A DNA stretch of 64,000 bases from Candidatus Giovannonibacteria bacterium RIFOXYD1_FULL_48_21 (GCA_001778985.1 MFIU01000004.1:3067-67066); one strand, 5' to 3'; positions 46,648-55,667 are shown, numbered from the stretch's first letter. The notes: generated by a model from the letters alone, not told the origin. A program made the numbers and translations.

Positions 46648-47673
46648 TTAACGCTTTATCAGAAGCCTCGTTAAATCCGAGATAATTTTTGATACGCGGT
46701 CCACAAACCCTTGAAGTTCCACCCGCAGTCCTGTGACTAAGCGTGGGTTCACCGTAAATTCTTCTCCGGAATCCGTGCGCAGGACAAACGAGCCGTCCGC
46801 GTTGACTTGAATTATTGTTCCAGAAACAATCTCGCGTTGGGACGGCTTGGATAAGTCGCGCAGAATCAGCGCTTCAATCACTTGAGTATCTTCATCATAA
46901 AGCCCATAAATGTTGACGCGGTCTCCTGGGGCAATTTGGCTAAAACCGATTAGATTTTTGTTGCGGTCAAGAAGATTCGTGCCGCTTTTCACTTCAATGA
47001 CATATTTTCTGTAAAGATTGGCGGGAAAACGCGTCTCGTCCACTCCCGTGGCTTTGAGCGGCATAGGGCAGGCCATAGAGCGAGCGGGAGAATTGCCTTC
47101 CGAACCATAGTCATAACAGGGGTGGGAGAAATTCTGAACGGCCGTGATGGTCGCCGGCGTAGTCGAAGAAGAAATGCTCACAATATCGAGATTATTCAAC
47201 TGAATGAATTGGCGTTCTTTGGGTTTCGAGAGATTTCGCAAAATCAAGGCCTCGACTGTGTTTGTGTCCGCGTCGTAAAAGCCGTAGATGTTGAGCCGGT
47301 CATTCACGCCAAAATCGGCAAAAGCCCCGCGCGAGCGGTCGCGCAGAAGAAAGATAGTCTGGGAGCCGGTTTTAATTGTATATACAATTTGGGGGGCAAT
47401 AGATTGGCCTAAAGGCACTGGGCAAGGGAAAGAAGCTCCGCGGCTTTGCTCGAGGGTTTCAAATTTTAGACAGGGGTTTGGAACATCGTAGTTCGTGACA
47501 GCCCGAAGTTCGCCTGCCGAGACAATTTCGGTTATTCGGAGATTATTGAACTGAACAATTTCGTCAGATTGATTGCCCGCGGTTCCTGGAGTAACGGTTC
47601 CCGTTCCGGTCTGGGCTACCGCCGTCCCGGCAAGGATTAAAAACAAACTCATCGGCAGAACTAACTTTTTCAT
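46648..47673 (-). CDS. secreted protein with three ~100-aa tandem repeats (paired-Cys modules)
   Basis: Signal peptide. Repeats share NNLxI...PCxxxG...CPxPL...IYGxYDxDTxxIEALILRxLSKP. Confidence 0.5.
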   Translation of the reverse strand: MKKLVLPMSLFLILAGTAVAQTGTGTVTPGTAGNQSDEIVQFNNLRITEIVSAGELRAVTNYDVPNPCLKFETLEQSRGASFPCPVPLGQSIAPQIVYTIKTGSQTIFLLRDRSRGAFADFGVNDRLNIYGFYDADTNTVEALILRNLSKPKERQFIQLNNLDIVSISSSTTPATITAVQNFSHPCYDYGSEGNSPARSMACPMPLKATGVDETRFPANLYRKYVIEVKSGTNLLDRNKNLIGFSQIAPGDRVNIYGLYDEDTQVIEALILRDLSKPSQREIVSGTIIQVNADGSFVLRTDSGEEFTVNPRLVTGLRVELQGFVDRVSKIISDLTRLLIKR

Positions 47674-47777
47674 ATCTTCATATTAGCACTAATAACGTAA
47701 ATACCCCAGCTTGGAAATATGGTACTATTTTGGCATGTCTGAAAAGCAAAAGGGAAGCATAAGAAATATAACGAATT

Positions 47778-48320
47778 ATGAAAATTGAAGACGTAAAAAC
47801 GGCAATCAAGGTAGGCGATTTTGTACTAAGAAAAGATAATCGGAATAAGATAGATATTAAATATTCACCCGACCTTGATAAAGAAGTTCTTATTGACGAC
47901 TCAGCGAGAATATATTTGATCGTTCAAGACGGGATCATAAAGAAAATAGGTGGCTCTATTCAAAAGGGAGGCATTAAAGGAACTGTAAGTTTTTATATTG
48001 GCGCTATGACGGGGAGTCCTGGCAGGCCCAGGTTTATTTTACATTTACTCATTGAAAAAGCTCTTAAAAGCAAATCAAAAATGGAATTACATATGATTAC
48101 TTCCCCAAAAACTATGGCTAGGGTGAGTGGTTTATTTAGAACTAAGAAAATGAAAATTGCTAGTTTTAAGGAGATGGAAGATTTATGTAAGTCCGATTAC
48201 TATTCCAGAGAAAAGAAATATCCAGATTGGAACTTTCAAGAGAACCATAAACCATATCCCCCAGAATTAGAAAGGAAGTTCATGGCATATCATAGGAGGC
48301 GTTTAGGCAGAAAAAACTAA
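47778..48320 (+). CDS. hypothetical protein
   Basis: 180-aa ORF, by eye AT-rich. Confidence 0.4.
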   Translation: MKIEDVKTAIKVGDFVLRKDNRNKIDIKYSPDLDKEVLIDDSARIYLIVQDGIIKKIGGSIQKGGIKGTVSFYIGAMTGSPGRPRFILHLLIEKALKSKSKMELHMITSPKTMARVSGLFRTKKMKIASFKEMEDLCKSDYYSREKKYPDWNFQENHKPYPPELERKFMAYHRRRLGRKN

Positions 48321-49852
48321 TTTCTGGGCGGACAAAAAATTATTATCTCGTGAGATTCTTTTACATGGTTGCCGTTGCCGTTTTTTCGGTTTAATCCGAT
48401 TCTTGTTTCTCCTTGTCCCATAGTATATTGCCAACTAGGGAAGAATTGCTGAAATTCTTTGTAGTATTCTCTTATTGTGGGACAGTTGTTATAAGAAAGA
48501 ACAAAACCTCCTTTGTGGTTTTTTAATAAATCTCTCAAAGCCTCGTGCGGAAACCCATTATGATGGACTGGTATATTCCTCATTGGATAAATTCCTTTAA
48601 ACATTTTTGAATCTTTTCCGATATAGTAAGGGGGGTCGCAGTAAAGAAAATCATTTGGGTGATTTTTAATTACCTCCTGAAAATCTACACACTCTACTTT
48701 CAGATTATTCGGGTCAAAATCCCGAATATTTTCTATCATTCTTTTGTATCTTTTGTCGTTTAGGTAAATCTTAGACGACCAACCCATAAAGCCGGGGCCG
48801 TAGGATAAGTTAAAATTATAAACAAAATAAACTGCCAAAGTTAGCGGATCTAATTTTGTTTTTTTCTTCCAAACATCATTTAAAATCAAACGTATTTTTT
48901 CAAAGGTTGTTTTATTTGGCTTTAATTCTTTCAGTTTTTTGTAAAGAAGGTCTGATTTTTCTATTTGGAATTTCCAATAATTACAGAGAATATCGAAGAT
49001 ATCGTAGCCGATAACTTCTAGGCCCAGCTCCTTGCTCATGGCTATTTCAATAGAGCCGCCCCCAAAAAATGGAGAGACAATCCTGGTTATGTTACCGGGC
49101 AATAATTCAACTACATGTCCGACCGCTAAACTTTTCCCTCCCGCATATCTTATTGGAGAAAGAACAACTCTTTTATATTTATTTTGACTATTTGAATTTT
49201 TGCTTCTTATACGATCTAAAAAGACTTTCTTTTTGTAGGCGAGCGTGTTGTCTTTGGCACCATTTTCTAGGTTTCTTATAATTCTAACTACAACACCCCT
49301 TATTTCTACTTCCTTGCGATAAATTGGCAACATCGCCTGGTTCGCTGGCTGTAATTTAATACGGCCTTTCTCTCTATAAATCTTCTTGAGCGTTACTTCA
49401 TTGTCATCAATAATTGCGACAATAGTCTGTCCGTCATCAGCAGTTTTTTGTTTACGAATTACAACAACATCACCATCAAAAATTCCATCACCAATCATAC
49501 TATCCCCTGCAACTTTTAGGGCGTAATGTTCACCATGCTTACCTATAAAATCTCCAGGAATAGAAATTTTTTCTGGTATCTCAATCGCCTCAATGGGGTG
49601 CCCGGCGGCGATGGTGCCCAAAAGAGGAATCTTGATTAATTTTTCTGCGGATGAAATTTCAATGCTCCGGCGCTGGTTTTTCCGTTTATTTAGATATCCC
49701 TTTTCTCTTAGCGCCTCGATATGCTGGTGGATGTTAGAAACAGAGGAAAGGCGCAGGCGCTTTCGTATGTCCTCAAGCGAGGGCGCAAAGCCGCGCTTTT
49801 TGGTGTAGGAGGTTACAAAATCCAAGACCTGCTTCTGCCGAGGAGTTAGCAT
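48317..49852 (-). CDS. LexA repressor (HTH + S24 autopeptidase) fused to Dam-class (D12) N6-adenine DNA methyltransferase
   Basis: Residues 1-205 hold a LexA-type HTH, the AG cleavage site (TIAAGHP), VAGDSMIGDGIFDGD (catalytic Ser), TLKK (catalytic Lys) and VVRIIRN. After a 35-aa linker come PIRYAGGKS, SPFFGGGS (motif I) and LYCDPPYY (motif IV), as in Dam. Single uninterrupted 511-codon frame. Confidence 0.7.
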   Translation of the reverse strand: MLTPRQKQVLDFVTSYTKKRGFAPSLEDIRKRLRLSSVSNIHQHIEALREKGYLNKRKNQRRSIEISSAEKLIKIPLLGTIAAGHPIEAIEIPEKISIPGDFIGKHGEHYALKVAGDSMIGDGIFDGDVVVIRKQKTADDGQTIVAIIDDNEVTLKKIYREKGRIKLQPANQAMLPIYRKEVEIRGVVVRIIRNLENGAKDNTLAYKKKVFLDRIRSKNSNSQNKYKRVVLSPIRYAGGKSLAVGHVVELLPGNITRIVSPFFGGGSIEIAMSKELGLEVIGYDIFDILCNYWKFQIEKSDLLYKKLKELKPNKTTFEKIRLILNDVWKKKTKLDPLTLAVYFVYNFNLSYGPGFMGWSSKIYLNDKRYKRMIENIRDFDPNNLKVECVDFQEVIKNHPNDFLYCDPPYYIGKDSKMFKGIYPMRNIPVHHNGFPHEALRDLLKNHKGGFVLSYNNCPTIREYYKEFQQFFPSWQYTMGQGETRIGLNRKNGNGNHVKESHEIIIFCPPRN

Positions 49853-50102
49853 ATATTTATTTTAACGATATCTGGCATCTCTTGCTTGTGGATAACTTTC
49901 GGTTTTCTTTCGGTATATAAGTAGTAAAATTAAACTGCCAACAAAAAAATTAGGAAAGTAGTTCTACAAGCTCACTATAAATAAATTTATGAACTCATGA
50001 AAAATTATTCAAAAACTGGCGGGAGGAAAGGAATTCCAGGGTACCGCACCCCGGTGCATTTTCGCTCGCGGAAGAATTTGAAAAATGTAAAAATGAAAAC
50101 AT

Positions 50103-50270
50103 ATGGTGAAAGAAATCGCAAAAGACGATAAAGAACTCTACCAGTGCGAAGAGTGCGGTCTGCATTACGCCAAGAAAGAAACCGCGGAAAAATGCGAGGC
50201 CTGGTGCCGGGAGCACAAAAGCTGCAACTTGGAGATAATCAAGGAAGCCGTCAAAACAGAAAATTTTTGA
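50103..50270 (+). CDS. Zn-ribbon miniprotein (55 aa), paralog of 41622..41795
   Basis: MVKEIAKDDKELYQCEECGLHYAKKETAEKCEAWCREHKSCNLEIIKEAVKTENF. Confidence 0.55.
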   Translation: MVKEIAKDDKELYQCEECGLHYAKKETAEKCEAWCREHKSCNLEIIKEAVKTENF

Positions 50271-50395
50271 TATAGTTTAACTCTATTGATAAATAAATTT
50301 TTATATGCTATGCTATATTAACAAAGAGCAATGATTCGAAATAGTCGAGTTTCTAGATTTTGCTTCATTTGTTTAATCATTAATTAGCCGATTAT

Positions 50396-50593
50396 ATGAA
50401 AGGTGTCATCAAAAAGATCACTGACAAGGGCTTCGGCTTCATCACGGCGGAGGGCCTGGAAAAAGATTTATTTTTCCATGGCAACTCTCTGGTAGATGTG
50501 AAGCTGGAGGAACTGCACGAAGGCGATGCGGTTACCTTTGAAACAGAAGATACTCCAAAAGGACCAAGCGCGAAAAACGTACAACGCGCTTAG
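50396..50593 (+). CDS. cspA: cold-shock protein (CspA family)
   Basis: GVIKKITDKGFGFITAE (RNP1-like KGFGFI) and HGNSL. 65 aa. Confidence 0.9.
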   Translation: MKGVIKKITDKGFGFITAEGLEKDLFFHGNSLVDVKLEELHEGDAVTFETEDTPKGPSAKNVQRA

Positions 50594-50602
50594 TATCTTC
50601 CT

Positions 50603-50635
50603 AAAAAACGCCCCGCGGCCGCGGGGCGTTTTTTA
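50603..50635 (+). terminator. intrinsic terminator (AAAAAACGCCCCGCGGCCGCGGGGCGTTTTTT)
   Basis: Perfect GC hairpin flanked by A and T runs, just after the cspA stop. Confidence 0.7.
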
Positions 50636-50670
50636 TTTCCCGCTGGCTATTTAAGCGTAACCATGATAGT

Positions 50671-51081
50671 ATGCAAACAATGAAATTACTGGAAAAAGTA
50701 AAGAGCGAACTGGACGAGAAATTCCAAAAAGTTTCAAAGACGCCCGCGGGCTTCGATTTTTTTGTGGCCATCCACGATTTCATCGAATATATAGAATCGA
50801 ATTCGTCTCTTTCTCATAATCTTTCCTACCCCGCAAAATCCAATCAAGAACTGAAAATCCCCGCTAAATACGGTCATTTAAAACAGATTTATCAGGGACT
50901 GGAGGACGCCGATACGGAATCAAATGTTGATTTGGGACACGCGCGGTATATGGTACTGGTGGAGTTGAACCAAATTCGGAACAAAGATTTTTCAGAAAGC
51001 AATTCGTTTTGGAAAAGGCGGGAATTGTTCAGGAAATTGACGGGCGAGATCTATGAGAGATTAAACGCGAATTCAGTATAA
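50671..51081 (+). CDS. hypothetical protein
   Basis: 136-aa ORF. No family. Confidence 0.4.
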   Translation: MQTMKLLEKVKSELDEKFQKVSKTPAGFDFFVAIHDFIEYIESNSSLSHNLSYPAKSNQELKIPAKYGHLKQIYQGLEDADTESNVDLGHARYMVLVELNQIRNKDFSESNSFWKRRELFRKLTGEIYERLNANSV

Positions 51082-51097
51082 AATCTCTGGACGATAT

Positions 51098-51541
51098 ATG
51101 TTTCGCATCACTAGCCAGGTTTTTGAACATAATAAATTTATTCCTCCAAAATACACTTGCGACGGGGAGAATATAAGCCCGCCGCTTGAAATTTCCGGCG
51201 TTCCCGAAAGCGCGAAGAGTTTAGTTTTGATAATGGATGACCCGGACGCGACCCGCGGCGTCTGGGCGCACTGGCTTTTGTGGAATATTTCTCCAGACAC
51301 AAAAGAAATTCCTGAAAATTCGGTGCCACCCGGCACTACGGAAGGTGTAACTAGCTTCGGGCGTTCGGGTTACGGCGGCCCCTGTCCTCCTTCCGGCACG
51401 CATCGATATTTTTTCAAGCTCTACGCCCTCGACCAAGCCATTTCTCTCCCCTCCTCCGCTGACAAGAAAAAACTCGAAGAGGCCATGGAGGAGCATATCC
51501 TCGCTTCCTCTGAACTCATCGGTCTTTACAGCCGCAAATAG
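51098..51541 (+). CDS. YbhB/YbcL-type phosphatidylethanolamine-binding protein (PEBP)
   Basis: IMDDPDATRGVWAHW and GYGGPCPPSGTHRYFFKLYALD. Confidence 0.8.
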   Translation: MFRITSQVFEHNKFIPPKYTCDGENISPPLEISGVPESAKSLVLIMDDPDATRGVWAHWLLWNISPDTKEIPENSVPPGTTEGVTSFGRSGYGGPCPPSGTHRYFFKLYALDQAISLPSSADKKKLEEAMEEHILASSELIGLYSRK

Positions 51542-51549
51542 CGCCAGGG

Positions 51550-52773
51550 CTAACTTTCCGGCAGACAGATTTCGCAGGACTCGCAGAGCGTTTTTCCGCT
51601 CCGGAAAGCCAAGATGGCTTTTTTAAAAGGCAGAATCGAAAGGAAATACCTGAAATCGGCAAACCTCCGGAAAAACCACCCAACTCGCCCGTAAAGCGTA
51701 ATCCGGCCCAGCGAGGCCAAAGCCCAGCCAGAACCTATCGGTATAAAATTATAGGGCTTTTGAGGCCGGCAGCGAATCAGCGGCAGGCCCTCCAAATCCC
51801 TAAGAATATTCTTGGCAACACTTTGGCCGTCGTGAATCGCGGTCTGCGCCATCCCGGAGTACGGAGTGGACGCGCCGTCGCCGAGCGCGAAAATATTTTT
51901 GAAGTTTTTCGCCTGGAGATATTCATCCACCAAAATCCGTCCCTTGGAATCAAAGGCGAGGCCGAAAATTTTCTGATACAAAGAGTTCGGCTTGATGCCC
52001 GCGGTCCAAATCACGGTTTCGGTCTTCATGCTAAGCCCCCGAACTTTAATCTCTTCGAGTTTTTGAGCCTCCATGGGGCGGCCGGTGAAAATATTTACGC
52101 CGAGCTGCCGCAGATGCCTCGCGGCTTTCTCTGAAATTTTCGGCGCGAGTGCCGGAAGAATCCTTGGCGCGGCTTCAATGAGGTCAATCGTTATCAGCTC
52201 CTCCCCCACCCCGTGCTCTCTGGCGAGTTTTCGCGAATACTTGGAGAGTTCTCCGGCCAGCTCCACTCCGGAGGCCCCGCCTCCGACAACGACGAAATGC
52301 AGAAGGCAGACTTTTTCATCCGGATTTTTTTCCTTGGAACAATCTTCAAAAAGCTTATGCAAATGCCGCTTTAAGCGCAAAGCCTCGGTAATGGATTTGA
52401 AACCGAAGGAAAATTCCTCGAGCCCGGAGATATTGAAATAAGCCGTCTCGGAGCCGAGCGCGAGAATCAAATAATCAAAAGCGTAATTCGCGCCCCAGGC
52501 GCCTCTGGCCGTTTTTTGCGCAAGGTTTATATCCTGAAGAGTGTCAACAATAAATTCAACTTCTCTTCCCTCGAGAATTTCCCGAATCGGGATGCAGACT
52601 TCGAGCGGAGATTTCCCGGTGACCACGCGGTAGAGGGCGGGGCGATATTCAAAGTGCGGCTTAGCGGAAACTAAAACAATCTTGAGTTCTCTCGTTTTAT
52701 TTTTCTCAAGCGTAAGCGCGGCCGCAATCCCTCCGAACCCCGCACCCGCGATTAAAACCCGCTTTTGCGCCAT
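51550..52773 (-). CDS. FAD/NAD(P)-binding oxidoreductase, NDH-2 / pyridine-nucleotide-disulfide oxidoreductase-like
   Basis: Two dinucleotide-binding motifs, VLIAGAGFGGIAAAL and VVVGGGASGVELAGEL. Confidence 0.65.
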   Translation of the reverse strand: MAQKRVLIAGAGFGGIAAALTLEKNKTRELKIVLVSAKPHFEYRPALYRVVTGKSPLEVCIPIREILEGREVEFIVDTLQDINLAQKTARGAWGANYAFDYLILALGSETAYFNISGLEEFSFGFKSITEALRLKRHLHKLFEDCSKEKNPDEKVCLLHFVVVGGGASGVELAGELSKYSRKLAREHGVGEELITIDLIEAAPRILPALAPKISEKAARHLRQLGVNIFTGRPMEAQKLEEIKVRGLSMKTETVIWTAGIKPNSLYQKIFGLAFDSKGRILVDEYLQAKNFKNIFALGDGASTPYSGMAQTAIHDGQSVAKNILRDLEGLPLIRCRPQKPYNFIPIGSGWALASLGRITLYGRVGWFFRRFADFRYFLSILPFKKAILAFRSGKTLCESCEICLPES

Positions 52774-52818
52774 TCCTTTATTTTATCAGAGATGTTAAAA
52801 TCAAAATACAGCATTAAC

Positions 52819-53181
52819 ATGAAAAAAATTTTAGTTTCGGCGCTTTTGGTCGGAGCCGGGGCCATTGGCTGGTGGATATATTACGACGCGAGCCAGCCCG
52901 GCAAGTATGACGCGTTTGCCAAATGCCTTGAAGAAAAAGAAGTATTATTTTACGGCACTTTTTGGTGCCCGCACTGCCGGAATCAGAAAGCAATGTTCGG
53001 AAAATCAGACAAATACCTTCCTTATATAGAATGTTCGACCGCGGACGGAAAAGGCCAGCTTCCGATATGCAACGAACAGAATATTTCCGGATATCCAACC
53101 TGGGAATTTGCCGACGGCTCCAGGGAAACAGGCGAGCTTTCGCTCGCGCATCTGGCCCAGAAAACCGGCTGTCCCCTATAA
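52819..53181 (+). CDS. membrane-anchored thioredoxin-fold protein (WCPHC)
   Basis: TM anchor then FYGTFWCPHCRNQKAMF. The C-terminus KTGCPL parallels the Trx domain of the adjacent VKOR. Confidence 0.6.
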   Translation: MKKILVSALLVGAGAIGWWIYYDASQPGKYDAFAKCLEEKEVLFYGTFWCPHCRNQKAMFGKSDKYLPYIECSTADGKGQLPICNEQNISGYPTWEFADGSRETGELSLAHLAQKTGCPL

Positions 53182-53189
53182 TATAATTT

Positions 53190-53978
53190 ATGGCGCGAAC
53201 ACTTATAATCATTCTGTCTCTGGCTGGGCTCGGCATAATGGCCTATCTCACCTATATCCATTACGCCAACCAGCAATCGTTTTGCGACCTTAGCCAGGAA
53301 GTTTCCTGCGACGTGGTGACCACCAGCATCTATTCCGAAATCTTCGGCATTCCGGTGTCGGTTCTGGGTCTTTTCTATTTCGCGGGAATTTTGGCTCTCG
53401 TGATTTTCAGCCGCCGGAAAGAAATTTTTCAGGCGGTATTTTTGGTCACGCTTTTCGCGCTGATTCCGTCGCTCTATCTTTCGCTCGTCGAACTTTTACT
53501 CATAAAATCAATTTGCATTCTCTGCGAAACTTCAAAAGTGCTGATGCTCGGAATTCTCATCATCTCTTTCGTGGTGGCGCGCCGTTTCGTAAAAATTAAT
53601 CTGCGTTTCGTTGCGCCGGTCATTATCGCGGGCTTGGTGGCCTCCGGCATTACTTATTTCGCGCAGGTAGGAAACACGGCGCGGGAAGATTATTCGGAGC
53701 TCGTGGCCTGTTTAAACGAAAAAGGCGTGGTTTATTATAAGTCGGTTCGCTGTTCTACCTGCCGAAGACAGGAACAGCTTCTGGGCGCGGCCTACACCAA
53801 ACTTAACTCAGTGGAATGCCACCCGGAAGGAGAAAATCCCCAAGTCGAGCTTTGCTTTGAAAAAAAGATAAATAAAACACCGACTTTTCTTCTGGAAAAA
53901 GACGGCCAAGAAATTAAAAGGCTCGAAGGGCTTCAGCAAGTTGAAGAGCTCGCGAAATTTGCCGGATGCCCGTTATAA
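53190..53978 (+). CDS. bacterial VKOR (vitamin K epoxide reductase) fused to C-terminal Trx-like domain
   Basis: CDLSQEVSCD loop Cys pair, CILCETS TM CxxC, and a C-terminal domain with CSTCRRQ. Confidence 0.65.
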   Translation: MARTLIIILSLAGLGIMAYLTYIHYANQQSFCDLSQEVSCDVVTTSIYSEIFGIPVSVLGLFYFAGILALVIFSRRKEIFQAVFLVTLFALIPSLYLSLVELLLIKSICILCETSKVLMLGILIISFVVARRFVKINLRFVAPVIIAGLVASGITYFAQVGNTAREDYSELVACLNEKGVVYYKSVRCSTCRRQEQLLGAAYTKLNSVECHPEGENPQVELCFEKKINKTPTFLLEKDGQEIKRLEGLQQVEELAKFAGCPL

Positions 53979-54700
53979 AAATGCTTGGCCAGGAAATAAC
54001 ATTAGGAATAGTTATCGCGGCCGCGCTGGTGGATTCCATCAACCCCTGCGTTTTAGGCGTTTTGATATTCCTTATCGCGTTTATGACGCGGGTTTTCAAA
54101 AGTCCCAACAAAATGCTTTTGGGAGGACTTTTGTATTCGGCGGTCGTGTACGCGACTTATCTGGCTTTGGGTTTCGGCATCCTCAAAGCCGCGCTCTCCA
54201 TCGGCCTTGCCACCTCGATTTATTGGGCGGCGGCCTTGATTGCCATCGGCGCCGGGCTTTTTGAAATTAAAGATTATTTCTGGTACGGCCGGGGCTTTTC
54301 TTTGCAAATGGTGCCGGGCGCGGCCGAAAGAATCCGCAGATATACCGCCCGAATCGAGGGCCTAGAAAGCCTGCATCCCTTTTTTCTTTATTTGACCACG
54401 GCGGCCCTCGGTATTTTTGTCGTCTTGGTGGAACTCCCCTGCACCGGCGCGCCCTATCTCGTAATCCTGGGGCTTTTGGCCAAGGGAGAGTATTCGGCGG
54501 CCGTCCCTCTTTTGCTTTTGTATAACTTTGTATTCGTGCTACCGCTTCTGGCGGTTATCGCTCTGGCTTATTTCGGGACCTCGTCCGAGCGGCTTGAGGC
54601 TTGGCGTAAAAAACACCGCGGGCTCATGCGACTCGGCATTGGAATTTTCCTGATAGCGCTTGGATTCTATATGATTTATTCTTTAAATCCGGTATTATAG
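53966..54700 (+). CDS. ccdA: cytochrome c-type biogenesis / thiol-disulfide transporter CcdA (DsbD family)
   Basis: Conserved Cys in VDSINPCVLGVL and VELPCTGAPYL on six TM helices. Confidence 0.75.
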   Translation: MPVIKMLGQEITLGIVIAAALVDSINPCVLGVLIFLIAFMTRVFKSPNKMLLGGLLYSAVVYATYLALGFGILKAALSIGLATSIYWAAALIAIGAGLFEIKDYFWYGRGFSLQMVPGAAERIRRYTARIEGLESLHPFFLYLTTAALGIFVVLVELPCTGAPYLVILGLLAKGEYSAAVPLLLLYNFVFVLPLLAVIALAYFGTSSERLEAWRKKHRGLMRLGIGIFLIALGFYMIYSLNPVL

Positions 54701-54704
54701 ATAT

Positions 54705-55079
54705 ATGACTGCCGCAAAATGGATATTGAGAATCGCGGTGGCCGGCGAATTTATCGGCCACAGCGTGTTCGCGCTTCAGGGCAAAAAGGAATGGGTGGGG
54801 TGGTTTGCCAACTTCGGCGTAAGCGACCCTGGCTTGGCAGGCCAGCTTTTGTTCCTAGTTGGGCTCGTTGACCTCGCGGTGGCGCTGATTGTTTTGGTAA
54901 GGCCAATCCGAGCGGTACTGCTTTGGGCGACTTTCTGGGGATTTTGGACCGCGCTTCTGCGGCCGCTCGTGGGTATGCCAATCTGGGATTTCATAGAACG
55001 CTGGGCTAACTGGGGCGCACCCCTGGCTTTGCTCTTCCTCTCCGGCTGGCCGAAAAATTGGAGGGAGTGGCTTAAATAG
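54705..55079 (+). CDS. small polytopic membrane protein (DoxX-like suspected)
   Basis: 124 aa, 3-4 TM helices. Confidence 0.35.
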   Translation: MTAAKWILRIAVAGEFIGHSVFALQGKKEWVGWFANFGVSDPGLAGQLLFLVGLVDLAVALIVLVRPIRAVLLWATFWGFWTALLRPLVGMPIWDFIERWANWGAPLALLFLSGWPKNWREWLK

Positions 55080-55244
55080 TGGATAGAAAATATTTTTCGG
55101 CAATACTGCTTTTAATAACTCTGACGATAATCGTGGTCACGCTCGGGACCGGGATTTTTTACTATCAGAAATTTCTGGAAGAAAAACGGGCGCTCACTCC
55201 TCCGGCGCCCGCGCCCGTCTCCCCTTTTCCCGAAGTTCCGTAAT

Positions 55245-55667
55245 TTATTTGTCCCAGCACCACTGGCTTCGCTTCCAGGGAGAAGTGCCGTATTTGCGGT
55301 AAAGATAGAGCGCCATGGCCTCGTTGCCGGTTTCGGCATAAATATCGTAACCGAGCTCCTCGGCTTTCTCCTCCCAGAAAAGAGAATTTATCTGATAGCG
55401 GCCGATGTCGTAGCGGTTATATTTTCCGAGAAGCACCTTGCCGTTTTGGCCAAAGTGCAGGTCCCCTGATTCGCATTCGGCGATTTTTCGCATAATCTCC
55501 GGAACGCCGAAATTTCCCAACGGAGAAAGGGCTCCGGAAATAATCGCGGCGTTTTCGCCCAGATAAGTGTCGGGCTCATAGCTTGGTCCGGCTTCATGCC
55601 CGATTTCCGGCAAAGCCAGAGCCAAACTCATTAAAATCAAGTAAATATAAGGCATATTGGGCAACAT
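55245..55667 (-). CDS. secreted lysozyme-like / transglycosylase-like domain protein
   Basis: Signal peptide then IAECESGDLHFGQNGKVLLGKYNRYDIGRYQIN, reminiscent of Rpf/transglycosylase-like CESGG...Q(I/F)N modules. Start uncertain. Confidence 0.4.
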   Translation of the reverse strand: MLPNMPYIYLILMSLALALPEIGHEAGPSYEPDTYLGENAAIISGALSPLGNFGVPEIMRKIAECESGDLHFGQNGKVLLGKYNRYDIGRYQINSLFWEEKAEELGYDIYAETGNEAMALYLYRKYGTSPWKRSQWCWDK

